NCBI GenBank assembly: GCA_016748015.1
Contig: JAAOMT010000436.1
Span: forward strand, 424,703 to 488,702
Direction: 5' to 3'
Length of the DNA stretch: 64,000 bases
DNA from: Geosiphon pyriformis uo1
Lineage: Eukaryota; Fungi; Glomeromycota
Part shown: positions 23,760 through 36,917 of the stretch, one piece after another
How the letters are laid out: each line of letters opens with the position of its first letter
How positions within the stretch are numbered: position 1 is the first letter of the stretch
Notes under the pieces: generated by a model
What the model was told of the DNA's origin: nothing
Database searches by the model: none
What the model saw: the letters and a program-made list of their open reading frames with translations, nothing else
Made by a program: the position numbers and the translations under genes

Positions 23760-26529
23760 ATGGACGTAGTCAAGGCAGTTCAGAATTATATTAGTAAAAT
23801 GGTCAACGAAGTCACAGGAATGAAAGTTTTATTGCTTGATAGTGAGACGGTATGATTTTGAATTTTCGGGATTTCTCGATACGTCCAAAAATCAAGCAAA
23901 ATCGTGATAGTCTTAATTATAATTGGGTATAATTTGATGTCTTCAATTTTTGATCGATAGACACCCATCATTTCAAATGTAATGACCCAGACCATACTTC
24001 TTTCTCACGAAACGTATCTTGTCGATCGACTCGATAATCGTAATCGTGAAAGAATGCGGCATCTGAAGTGTGTATGCTTTTTAAGACCTACCAACGAGAC
24101 GTTACAACTTTTAGTGGATGAGCTGAAAGATCCGTGTTATGGCGATTATTACTTATGTGCGTTCAAATTATTTTTATATTTCTTTTAATTACCAGAGTTT
24201 TTTTTGCGAAATAATTTATGAATTCAACATATAGATTTCAGTAATACTCTCAAAAAATCTTCTATTGAGAGATTAGCAGAAGTGGATGAACATGAGGTCG
24301 TTCGAGAAGTGCAAGTATGAATATATGGGATTTTAGTATTTGATGATCCGATCCGATCCCATTCCGATTCCAATTTCTATTTCTTTTATGTACATTTTTC
24401 TTTTAACTTTGAATTGCTTAATCAATATACAATTTCAAGGAATATTATGCTGATTATTGTGCAATCAATCCTGACTTTTACTCTTTGAACCTTTCACTGC
24501 CTCAATATCAATTATACGATGATTCTCCAACATCGTGGAATGGAAAAACATTTCAACGAGTTGTAGAAGGAGTATTATCGGTATTGCTTTCGCTCAAGAA
24601 AAAGCCTTTGATCCGTTTTGAGGCTAAAAGTGGGATGGCAAAGAGATTAGCCCGAGAAGTACATGTAAGTAATCTTCTTAAGATTAGCCTTATTTTTAGT
24701 GAACTTTTGAATAAATTCGTTGTTTTCAAGGATCCCGATTAAGATCGAGATTGGAAAAAGAACATCATTGAACAACAAAACTTGATTGTTTACCTAGTAT
24801 CAAATTCAACAAGAAGGACAATTGTTCACGTGGAGACGGACTGATACCCCGCCCATACTTTTGATTCTGGATCGCAGAAGTGACCCAATTACTTCATTGT
24901 TATCACAATGGACTTACCAAGCCATGGTTCATGAGTTGCTTGGGATTAATAATGGTCGAGTAAATTTATCCGAAGTCCCTGAAATAAGACCAGAATTACG
25001 GGTAAGCCTCTTTTATTCCATTGGAAAAATTAAAAGCTGAAATCTCTGATGAATGCCGTTTTTCTTAATTCAATTTCATCTATTTCTGATCATGAAACAC
25101 AGGAAATTGTTCTCTCAAGAGATCAAGACCCTTTTTACAAAAGAAACATGTTTCTTAACCTTGGTGATCTTGGCGAAAATATCAAATCCTATGTTGAGGA
25201 ATACCAAACCAAGACAAAATCAAGTATGAACATCGAATCGATTGCCGATATGAAACGATTTGTGGAGGAGTATCCGGAGTTTAGAAAATTGTCGGGTAAT
25301 GTAAGTAAACATGTGGCTTTGGTCAGCGAATTAAGCCGCTTGGTGGAGAGGGAAAAATTGTTGGAAGTTAGTGAACTTGAACAAAGTCTTGCTTGCAATG
25401 ACCAACATACCAATGATTTAAAGGTATAATTTTTCAGTTTCGTATTTTTGAGATCTTAAGTGGCGGCTATTTGACTGTGATTAACAACCGGTTTTTCCTT
25501 TGGTTATTTAGAATCTACAAAAACTAATTCAAAGCACTGGAGTATCAGAGGATAGCAAGATTCGTTTAGTCCTTCTGTACGCACTACGTTATGAAAAGTC
25601 ACAAAATAATTCAATCGCTTCGTTAATCGATCTATTGCATCGAAACAACGTTAGCGAGCAAAAAATATCGGTACGAAAGTCAGATAACGCGTAATTTTCG
25701 TCGGATGTCTCTCCTTATCTAATTTAACCACTTATCTCATTTCGTTGATTAGTTGATACAATCGATGATGGAATTCGCAGGAGCTGATAAACGTCAAGAT
25801 GATCTATTCGCAAAAGAAGGGTTTTTCGCACTAGGAAAGATGGCGTTTAAAGGATTGAAAGTTAGCTCTCTCCCTTTTCCTTTTCATGTTTTTGTACTTT
25901 TGTAATTTTATTCTAAAAATTTTACAACTGAGACTTTATAAACGATTGAAAATGGTGTATAAAACATATCAAGGGGGCCGAAAACGTGTACACAATGCAC
26001 TCCCCACAATTGACGCAAACTTTAGACTTGTTAAGTAAAGGGAAATTAAAAGATACCAGTTACCCGTTTTTCGAGGGGTCTACTAAGGATAGGTAAGAAT
26101 GAATTTTAAACCAATTCTTGATGAAATATTTATTTATTAGATATTGATAGTATAATTTGTTGATGATTTTCATCTGCATCCTCAATTTATCGATTTATCT
26201 TGTTCAGACCACAGGATATAATAATTTTCATGGTTGGGGGCGTTACCTATGAAGAAGCGCGTTATGTTGCTCAATTCAATGCGTCCGCGACTGGTGTTCG
26301 TGCTGTGCTTGGCGGAACGTGTGTGCATAATAGTACAAGGTTTGACTCTTTATGAGATAAATTTTGTTACATTGAAAAGTGCAAAGGAATCTGATATCCA
26401 CCTTTTCCATTTGTCTAATGCAGTTTTTTAAATGAGATTCAAGATGCCTTCTTTCGTTTCCCAACCACAGGAGGATTAGCAGGACGGGCGGCTAGATTTG
26501 GACGTACTTCTAAACAACGTACTTTATAA
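23760..26529 (+). CDS. VPS45: Sec1/Munc18-family vacuolar protein sorting protein 45
   Basis: [98 protein letters not shown] and [10 protein letters not shown]; multi-exon. Confidence 0.95.
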
Positions 26530-26737
26530 GAAAATATATCTAGGTTTTCTAGTGAATGTTGGACTTATTTATTTTATTTTGTATTTTTATTTTACAATGA
26601 GAGCAAAATTGCTTCTAAACTTTCTAGTACTATGTATTGGTTTTACCGTGAAAAGAAAGGATTAGATTTTTTGATTTATTTATTAATTGAATAATGGAAA
26701 ATAAATAGGAAATAATACTGAATAAAATATACCACAA

Positions 26738-27253
26738 TCACACGATACACTGCTTTAGCTTTTGCTGATAGACAATTAAATCGTGTGTTCCCACTCGTGT
26801 ACTTAGTGCTACTGTCGTGATAGTTGTCGAACTGCTGCTCTTGAAGGTCTTGGTTGAAAATGTTGGCTTGGGAGTGTCAAAGGAACCCAAGGCAGAGGAT
26901 AAGGTATCTTCTGTATTGGTATTCGTGATGGTCAACTGGTTCTTAGTAGCGGTTTCAGTGTGTGTAGGAGGGTCAAAAAACAATTTGCGAATGAGCAATG
27001 CTTGCAAAACCACGATGAGAAACAACAAGATATTGATTAGATTCCATTCTGGAGGACGATTTGGAACGGTCGCGTGTTGATGGTGGTGGTGATGATAATG
27101 AAAATGGGTGCCATGATGAACATGATGATGGTGATGGTGATGGGTATGTGTATGGAGATGATGTGATGAAGGTCTCGGTGAAGGGGTTGATGTGGTTGAA
27201 GAATTGTTATCACTACTAGTGTTGATGTTGTTGCTACCGCTACTATATTCCAT
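26738..27253 (-). CDS. Uncharacterised His-rich, single-TM, Ser/Thr-rich protein (171 aa from ATG 27253), in frame with DCTN5
   Basis: Open frame with a His tract, TM-like WNLINILLFLIVVLQALLI and an S/T-rich tail. ATG is in ACCATGG context, 21 nt after the DCTN5 stop. Confidence 0.6.
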   Translation of the reverse strand: MEYSSGSNNINTSSDNNSSTTSTPSPRPSSHHLHTHTHHHHHHHVHHGTHFHYHHHHHQHATVPNRPPEWNLINILLFLIVVLQALLIRKLFFDPPTHTETATKNQLTITNTNTEDTLSSALGSFDTPKPTFSTKTFKSSSSTTITTVALSTRVGTHDLIVYQQKLKQCIV

Positions 27254-27274
27254 GGTATCGGCAGTCAAGTCGCT

Positions 27275-28345
27275 TCAATCTCCTCTAGGTTGAAATTTGG
27301 AGTAATAGTCTTTGGTCTTTGATTCGTAAAAATCTTGTATGCATTCAGGCAACTCCTCAACGAATTGACCTTGAAATGGAAATTGGAAACGTATACGAAA
27401 GGACATAAAGAAATCAGGTTAGAGAACCCATGCCTAAAGGTTTGAATTTTGAGAATCCTCAAATTTCCAAACCCCGAAAATAGGTAAAAATACTGACCAG
27501 GTGATCCTTCATAAATTGAGAACGAAGGAACCACCGTGTTAGGAGATATCACAGTGTTATCCTCGATACGACAACAATCTTTAATAATTGCAAATCGTCC
27601 CTAAATAAATATAATCCAAGAATTAGGTTTAGAAATAAGCTTCATAAAAATTCGAAATTGACCAATTATTCTATTCCTCTTGACCACCTCCGTTGCTTTT
27701 TGAAACTCACAATCACACAATTCTTCCCAATGTGCACGTATGAGCCTATCGTCGCAGCCTCTACAATGCTCCCTTCCCCAATAGTAACATGATCGCCAAT
27801 CTTCACTGGGTAATAGCTAAATATCCTGTTGTAAGAAGGAGAGTCAATGCTAGAAAATGAATTGAAATACATCAAGTATAATGAAACGCAAAGACGTTCA
27901 AAAGACAGACCCCTTATAAGTCTTATAGGGTGGTCTGATAATGCTGCCTTTTGACAAAAGACAATAACGTCCGATAGCCACAACAACAGCATGACCACCA
28001 CCCGTACGTCGTAAATCACCACGAATTACACAATCTGTTTGAATAATGGTCTTTTATTGTTGACAAATTTTTCGGTAGGTAGTTTAAAGGAAAAACGATT
28101 ATTCATTTGAACAAAGAAAGTGACCAATTGAGATTTGTTATTTGTACCTTTCCTCCAAGTATAATATTTTGACTACCACAAATTACCGATTTACGGCTGA
28201 CTTTGTTGCCGGTATCCTAAAAATAAAATTGGTATTGGTAAAAAACATATGAGCTTCAGGCTGAAGAATTTGCTCACATGAAATTCTTTCTTTTTACCGT
28301 TTCAATATACTCTTGTTTAGGGTAGTAAACGGTGGGTGGTTCCAT
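27275..28345 (-). CDS. DCTN5: Dynactin subunit p25 (left-handed beta-helix)
   Basis: 6 exons: [104 protein letters not shown]. Confidence 0.95.
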
Positions 28346-28514
28346 TGTTTCAGGAAGCTAAAGAATGAAGTGATCAATATTTAGTTAAAAGGAGGGAATA
28401 AGGTTTAAATTAAAACGAAACCTTAATTGACTACAAATAAAAGATTTATGACATCATGATTTTCGAAAAAAAAATATAGTGTTACAGTTTTTTGATTCAT
28501 CAGTTTCGAAATTT

Positions 28515-29509
28515 ATGAAGAAAACCATGCAAGTTTTATTTCGATGTAAAAGATTATTAGTTTCATCCCTTTCTTCGAGTTTTAGACGATGTCTCCTAGG
28601 TATGAAATTTACACGCGTATTTAGTCTTTCATATTTTAATATAATCTAGCATTGAGAGATAAATGTTCTCGCAAATACCCCAAATACCAAACTTCCTTAT
28701 GATTTGGCGCTTTGTCCGTCGTTATCTTTTGCTTTAGCCCCAGCAGACACCGCAGTAATAGCACAACGTAGGGATTTGCATACAACATCTTATCTTCTCA
28801 AAAACAAGAAAAAAAGCCGAGACATCAAACGAAAACATTTAGCACAAAAAGCGACCAGAGCAGCCGAAGAAGTGGCTTCTAGGCCAAGTCCAATAGTAGG
28901 AATTCCCACTGAATTTACCCGTTCTCTACTTCGTCCAGCCCAAGCTTACCAAGCAGCAGTAGACCCAAACCTACCACAAATTAAAACATTTAATTTGGAC
29001 GAGAAAGATGAAAAATTCTTAACGGAAGTCGTACCACAAGCTGCTATTGATCTGCCGACTACGGTTAATCCTTACGTAACTGAGGCTGAGAAAGCGGAAA
29101 CTGTACAAAAGATTGTGAGTTTGCATAATGCAAACGCTCACGCTGTGTTAATTCACAATGTTAAACGCGCAGTTGAACAGTTTGCGAGGTTTGAAGGTGA
29201 TACTGGAACTCCCGAAGTACAAGGTAAGAAGGGGATAGGGAAAGATAGCAAACTGTGTAAAATTTATTTATTGATCTTGACTCGGACAAAAAAACAGCTG
29301 CCGTTTGGACTGTACGAATTCTCAATCTTTACGAACATGCAAAAAACAATCATAAAGATCATGATAATTTTCGCTCACTACGAAAGATGGTTCATAACAG
29401 ACAATCAATCCTACGGTATCTTAAAAAAAAAGATTTGGAAAGATATTACACTTGTCTGAAGAGACTAGGACTTGATTCACGTGTAGTTGAAAAGGAAATT
29501 GTGATTTAA
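28515..29509 (+). CDS. MRPS28: Mitochondrial small-subunit ribosomal protein uS15m
   Basis: 3 exons (introns ~28600-28737 and ~29224-29297). Basic presequence-like N-terminus; S15 motif RFEGDTGTPEVQAAVWTVRI..H..NHKD..R..LRYLK. Start at 28515 or 28527. Confidence 0.88.
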
Positions 29510-29842
29510 GTGAGAAAATTTAGTGATATATAAAAGGGATGAGATGTGGTTTGATTTGATTATTTTATAAAAATACTAAATAATTAATATTTGGAAGATC
29601 TGCAATGGAAATTAAATTAATGGCGATGATTTGAAAGAAATCTCATAACTCGGATACTTTTTTTTGTTCAAAGATATTTATTTTAAATAACAATGTCAAA
29701 GTTTCATAAGTATTCATGTAAAGTAAGGGACTTTCAAAATATCCGAAGTATAAGAATTATACTTTTTGAAATTCCCTCAATGAAAATAAATTCAAACTTT
29801 TACTTGTGAAAAAAAAAGAATCACATTAAAACATTATTTTAA

Positions 29843-29855
29843 TTCTTTCTTTTTT

Positions 29856-29907
<52 letters not shown>

Positions 29908-29944
29908 TCCTTCTTTCCTTCTTTCTTTCCTTCTTTCTTTCTTT
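29843..29944. repeat. (TTTC)n microsatellite / polypyrimidine tract
   Basis: Visible tetranucleotide run in intergenic DNA. Confidence 0.95.
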
Positions 29945-30401
29945 CAAGATATATATTTTTCATAATTTCGTTTCTTTTGCCTATTACCAATTAACGATTA
30001 AAATATTTCAAATAAAGAATAATAATAATTTAACCTTTAAAAATTATTTCTAATTAATAAATTTAGTCAAACAAATCGTGAAATCAAGAAATAGAATTTA
30101 TAAAATTTATTACAATTTTATTCTAAAGTCTCCTTACCGGAAATGTGAACTTTGAAATTTTCAAAAATATCCTCTCGCTGAAGGTTTTCAGCCTTTAAAT
30201 TATGACGAGTTTATCATTTAAATTTCAAAGATACCATGATTAAAATATCTCAAACTTTTGATGATATATCTAAAAGGCCCTGAAATATTTTATTATGATA
30301 AATGTTAAATTCGTCGATTTGAAGAGCTGAAGTTTGTAAAATTTGATTTAAAAGCAATATAAAATGATGGGTTTATCCAAAAGCTTAAAGTAATTTTAAA
30401 A

Positions 30402-31085
30402 ATGTCTAAAAAGGTGTTGCTTTCATATGTAACAGGTCGTTGGCTTCATCCAATCCATGAAGCAGTCGGCGAAACATCATTGAAATCCACCACTAAACTC
30501 ATCTCCAACTCAATCTTTCACAGACTATGTAACGCGTCAATCACCTCTAATAAACTTCTAGACCTACCAGGTTTCCGAGGCGACATTCCAGAAATCGTAT
30601 TAGAACCATCCCGAAAACTAGCCGCATTTAACACCCTTAATCCATTACCTAAAGGATTTCGACGTCTCTCATTTATCGGTGGAAAATTATTAGAAATCGA
30701 AGCAGCACAATTACTATACTCTAAATTTCCAAATTGTTCTGATGAGGAGCTATCAGATTTATTAAAGGTGCTAATGAGTTCTGATGAGATTGCTACGTTA
30801 GCTTTTGAAGCGGGATTAGATGAAACATTAGGGGGGCATTCGTTTGATGGTGGCAAAGTTGATTATGGAAATCGATTGATGGAGATGAGTGTGAAAGCGT
30901 TTCTTGGTGGGATATGGAGTCACTCTAAGGATGAAAGAGTCAGAAGGGAATCAATTCCAGAGTTCTGTAGAGAATTTCTTTCCCCAACGGTAAATTTTTG
31001 GGCTGATTGTGATTTAATGAAGGAAAAAAAGGATTGCGAAGTAGAAAATGATAAGAAAATTGGGAATACAGAGAAAGAGAGATGA
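30402..31085 (+). CDS. RNase III-fold protein, predicted catalytically inactive, intronless
   Basis: Signature FRRLSFIGG (cf. NERLEFLGD), LLYSKFP..EEELS, LAFEAGL and EMSVKAFLGGIW (cf. ADxxEAxxGA). Confidence 0.75.
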   Translation: MSKKVLLSYVTGRWLHPIHEAVGETSLKSTTKLISNSIFHRLCNASITSNKLLDLPGFRGDIPEIVLEPSRKLAAFNTLNPLPKGFRRLSFIGGKLLEIEAAQLLYSKFPNCSDEELSDLLKVLMSSDEIATLAFEAGLDETLGGHSFDGGKVDYGNRLMEMSVKAFLGGIWSHSKDERVRRESIPEFCREFLSPTVNFWADCDLMKEKKDCEVENDKKIGNTEKER

Positions 31086-33436
31086 ATAGATGATTAATTT
31101 TTCTAGACTTACAATCCAATGAGAAATCTTGGACAAATGGGAATTGTTGACTTGTTAACATTTCGAAGTGAATAGGGATAGAATGAAATTTTCTAATTAA
31201 TTAAGAGAGACTTTTTTGCAATGATGTAAATTTAATATTTCAAAAGTATAACTCTGAATTCGATAAATGAACTTTCTTTGAGAGAACCGAGTCAGCCAGG
31301 AGCATATAACGTAAAATGTCAAATCTCGAGACTTTTTATGTTATTAGCATTTTGGGGAGGAGGAATGTAGAATTATTCTTACATTTTACCTTTATAGGAA
31401 ATAACAATTTTCTAATAGTTTCTCAGAATCTTGTTTTTATATTTATATAAATTAGAAACTGGCATGAATAAAACCGAATTTAAATATTATGTTTGGTCAA
31501 TTGATATTTACGTTTTTTAAATTTATAATTGCTCAAATATTTGCAAAATTTTTAAATTTCATAGTAATAAGTAAATCAAAAAAAATTATTTTAATATATG
31601 TATAATTTAGTTATTATTTAATTTATAATTATTCTGAAAATAAATAAAAACAAAAATAGCTTAATATTATTTATTTATTTATTTTCAATATATATTAATT
31701 TTAATATTTGTTTGTTTGTAAGAAAAACATTATTTGTTCAAGATTAATACATATTTGGTTAAAAAAAAACAACAAATAATTTGATTTTAAAAAATTTTGT
31801 TATAACAGCCTTTATATTAAGCATTCTTTTTTATAAAATTTAATATTAACTAGGTAAAACCTAATGCAATAAACATTTTCATCACTGATGCTAATTCAAT
31901 TTTAAACTTCTTGAAAAAAAAGTTGTGATTTTTGAGAAACGATATTCTTTTTTGACAAAAAATCTATTTTTGCCGCTAAAACAAGAAAATTTAGTTTTGG
32001 GAATATTATACTTACACTTTTTTTTGTACAAAAAACCATCCCATTGATCATGTGAGCTAAACTTTATAATTGGGAAGCAAACCATTTTCCCTCTCTTCAC
32101 CATTGTACCACAAGTTGATGTTACAATCTATCCCGTAACATTTACTGATGCAGCTCTAAATAACGATGCAGGCTGTCCTTAAGGTCCTTTTGTCGGATTA
32201 AGTTGTGGTTAAAAGCTTATAAGGGATTTTTGACAATATTCAGTTGCCAATTGAGATTTCCTTCTCATCCCTTCTTTCTTATTAAAAGCTTTGTTTGAAG
32301 GTTGTGATTTGGAAATCTGAATTTCGGTATGGTCAGCGACATTAATTAAATTAATATCAGTAGTAGTATTATAATTATTATAATTATTATTGATTTTATT
32401 ATAGCAGAAAAAAAATTAAAACGATCGCTTTTTTTTTTGCTCAGTGATTTAGTCCTGAAAATTGAAATTCGTGCAACCGTTAGAAAATAATGCGCGTTTA
32501 TTGATCTGATCAATATTATATACTAAATAAATAAGCGATCAAATCGTTAGAGTGTATTTTTTTTAAGAATAAACGGTTCAAATGTACCAATTTCGGTTAG
32601 TTAGCTACCAAACGTGGCAAACCACATTTTCTCATATTTTGGTTTGTTCCCTAATAACTAATCATTGGGCTCCCCGGCTAGGAAATTTCAACTGCAATTG
32701 TATTAATAATTTCGGACTTGTAAAAGGTATATCCCACAACTAGGGAACACCTACATGACATAAAGGTTGTTAGTAAACCAAAGTTACTCCAATCAAAACG
32801 AGTTTTTTCAAAGGACAAAAAACAAATAAACCGTCATCTCATCAATTCCAACACCCTTCTCAACTTCCGAAAACCTTTATTCAACAACCTTTTAGTCTCG
32901 TTTATTTATTTCCTCCACTCCTCGACTAGTCTGACTAGTAACCTAACGCTATTAGACTAAAACGAGACTATTCTATGGTACTTCATTAGTTTCTAAAGCC
33001 TCTTTCTTTAGTAAAATATACTTTCATTTTTTGGTTTACTTGATTCGAAATCAAAGTCAACCTCACCTTGGGATTCCACTACCACTATAACCACCAAACT
33101 TGGACTAAAATAAAACGTAGCGTTTTGTAATCCTTTTGAGGAAATAAATTTAATTTTTTGTCTATTGCCTGCACAGACAACATAACTGCTGTTGAACTGC
33201 CAAACAAGTCTTTTGTTGGTTTCACCGTGCTGCTTCTTTTGAGTTGGTAAATTGCTGCTTCGCTCCGTGTTTACCCCTTATGTTTGAGGGGAATAAAACT
33301 CCCCACTCTTAAGAGCTCACCAAACCAAAGACAACATTTCGTAGGCTTTCCGTGACTTTTACCTCCTCGCATACTATTAAACATATCAAAATCAAAAAGT
33401 AGGGCTCTTGGTTGAATTTGTTGTGCGCACTTTGAT

Positions 33437-36249
33437 ATGGACACTATTCTTAACAACCAAACCATTAGTCCTACACACCCTGAATCTTTTATAGAAGAAA
33501 ATTTTCATACGATATCCCTCGGGAAATTTAAACCTTTTTATAGCACCTCTGACCTGCCCGCTCGTAGCGATAACCCGACTGGATACGATACTGAAATAAA
33601 ATCCTTATCTTTAGAAGCGGATTCAATGCTTGCAGATAGCCAATATCGGTCTTCTGCTAATTCCAGTCTTGCTGGATTAATTGCAAGTCCTGCTCCTTCA
33701 TATATGTCTCATTTACCGTCAAAATTGAAATCATTTTTTCGATTAAACACCAATGGAAGCAAAAAGGACACTTCAATAGGAAGCATGAGTGGGTCTCGTC
33801 GTGACCTAAGTTCATCCACATCAGGGATTCCGAAAATCAACAACGGTAATGGTCATGCACAAATTGGAGCAATTTATAAATCAACCGAAAAAAGCAAGAC
33901 ATTGGGTCCCTGGTTCTTGAGAGACCAGGCTATTAATCAAAAATTACGTAGAGTCGCCTCGGCTCCAAATGCCAAGGTTAATAATGAGAAAATAGAGATT
34001 TTGCAGTCGGAACATCCTCCGAAACAAAATTATCCTGGGAGCACCCTTAGTATCTATAGTAATAATAATAATAGTAATAAATCAAACGACACTAATAGTA
34101 GTTTAGCGGTACCCCTTTCAAGACCTCTATCAGAGTTCAAACGATCTGGAACATTTAGACGCACCTATTCCTCAAATTCCATTAAAATTAAAAGTGTCGA
34201 AGTAGGTCCGAGTAGTTTTCAAAAAATTAAACTACTGGGAAAAGGCGATGTTGGCAAGGTGTACCTGGTCACAGAGAAAAAGTCGGGCAAGCTTTATGCT
34301 ATGAAAGGTTTGGATCTTTTCGGTTTGTTTCGAGGGCTCATTTGGGAATTAGATTTTTTGTTAATCATATACATTTTTAATGGTGGAAGTCTTGTCAAAA
34401 AAAGAAATGATTAAACGTAACAAAATTAAGCGAGCTCTTGCTGAACAGGTTGGTGGCCGAGTGAATTTGCGAATTTTTATTCAATACCTACCTGAATCTT
34501 TTTTGAAGCTTCCTCAATTATTTGGCTGAAATCTAATTCTTCACATAGGAAATATTGGCCACATCCAATCATCCGTTCATTGTCACGTTATATCATTCAT
34601 TTCAGAGTGACGAATACTTGTATTTGTGCATGGAATATTGTATGGGGGGAGAGTTCTTTCGGGGTACGTTAATTGGCTTGAATGAAATTTAAGTTTTGGA
34701 TGGTTATATGCGATCTTTATTATGATTACTTCTATTATATACTTTAGCATTACAAACGCGACCTGGAAAATGTCTGGACGAGGAAGATGCAAAATTTTAT
34801 GCCGCGGAAGTGATTGCTGCTCTAGAATATTTGCATCTGATGGGATTCATTTATCGGGATTTGAAGCCTGAAAGTTAGAACACGCAAAATTTTCTTGTCT
34901 TCGATTTATATTTTTTTTGTACGTAATTCGATAGACTGACTAATATCTCAATTTTTTTAAAGACATCTTATTGCACCAATCAGGACATATTATGCTTTCA
35001 GGTCAGTAATTTTTCAAAGGTTAGACGATCTTTCAAAATTTCTCAATCAAATTTTACCTTAAAACTATTGATAGACTTTGATCTGTCAAAACAGTCACAT
35101 CCAGCAAATATGCCAACGATAGTAAGGAATACCTCAGCAAATGCGGTATGTTTTGGGAATCTCTGAAAAGTATATCGTTTAGTAGAATATTTTGATTCTT
35201 GATGACTCTGAGATATTTCTAAAACCGATATTTTATTTTCCCCCAGCCTCCCTCAATAGATACTAAATCATGTATAGCCAATTTACGTACCAATTCTTTT
35301 GTTGGAACTGAGGGTAGATTATCTTATATTAGCATTTAAAATGAAATAACCATTAATAAATACCAAAATAAATCATTAATCTGTTTGGTATTTATTTAAC
35401 TATTTGTAGAATACATTGCCCCCGAAGGTATTTAAGTTCTAAATCCTTTCCCAATCAGATTTTCAGTGCATCTTTTAACTTCGTTTCTTTAATCTCTAGT
35501 CATTAAAGGATGTGGTCATACAAGTGCCGTAGATTGGTGGACACTGGGAATTTTAATATACGAAATGCTGGTAAACAGTTATATAAATTATCCATGCATA
35601 CAATCTACGCCTACCAATAAATTATCAACATGTAAATTAAGCAATATAATTTTATAGTATGGGCTCACCCCATTCAAAGGACAGGATCGCAATGCAACAT
35701 TCTCTAATATATTAAAAAATGAGCCTTATTTTCCAGAACCGCCAGGATCTGTTCCAGTATCTACGTAAGTTCAATTGATAATAATTCATTTATCTTGAAT
35801 AAATTCAATCATATTCACATTCTTTAACTTGATAATTTTTCTTTAATTAGACTTTGCAAATCATTAATTCGCAAATTATTATTCAAAGACGAGAATCGAC
35901 GGTTGGGTTCGAAAGCTGGGGCTTCTGATGTAAAAGCTCATCCTTTCTTTAAGAGCACACAATGGGCTTTATTGCGTCACGCTACGCCACCCATTATTCC
36001 ACAGCAAAGTTTCGGAACGGATGCCGTGAACTTCAGAAATTTACAGGAGAGTATTAGTCTCGATATGGAAGGCGAGAGTGTAGTAACCGAGTTTAACGGC
36101 GAAAATCCTTTTGAAGAATTCAATAGTGGTAAGTATCACCCCTCCCTACTTCAAAAATCACAAAGACTATTCACTAATCGATTATTCAATAATTTTCTAC
36201 AGTAACATTACATCACGATGGGGAAGATGAAGAAACATCGTGGTCATGA
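33437..36249 (+). CDS. nrc-2: AGC-family flippase kinase, Nrc-2/Fpk1/Kin82 type
   Basis: [84 protein letters not shown] and WALLRH..PPIIP. Many introns, including an 18-bp exon at 35410-35427. Confidence 0.93.
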
Positions 36250-36917
36250 TAAGTTCATAATAATGAACAGAATAAGTAGGCCGTTGTGCCACACCCCTTT
36301 ATAAATAGTAAATAAAACATATTCATAGAATTGGGAATTTTCTGAAATTTATACAACACAAGAGTAAAACGTATTCTTTAATACAAGCTCTCCATTACTC
36401 ACTTTTGTAGTCCAACTTGTGTTCAAATCATCTAAATTCATTCTTTTTTCGCACACACTGGGTCACTGACTCCTATTTATAGGTAAATTTTTCGCAACAC
36501 CTTTGTATTTTTAATTTTTCATGTTCACCGAGTAAAAGCACTGAAACTTTTGACTGGCTTGAATAAAATTAATAAAACTTCAAAAATACAAATGTCAAAG
36601 GATAATTCCGTGAAGTTGCAGGGGTTCCCAAGAAAAAGTATATATTACAAGTGTTGCATCAAAGATCTGAGTAATGTAGATCTGAAAATTTTTCACCAAT
36701 ATCTTAGTGTTACAAGTTCACGACGCGAAAAAGATCTTACCTCGTTGATCTATCACCAACTTTTTAAACGCTTTACCTTGAGCTCTCAGCTAGCTATTTA
36801 GCTCAACCTTAACGTGAGAATCTTTTATATTATCGGCTTACAACTGCCGAGTATTTATACTGCGAACATTTCCTATATACACAACCTTTACGTGCTCAAT
36901 TCCATTTATCCTCAACG

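Noticed and set aside
27275-27277. DCTN5 UGA as selenocysteine
   Set aside because: It falls at the normal p25 C-terminus rather than at a Cys-homologous redox site, and I see no SECIS downstream.
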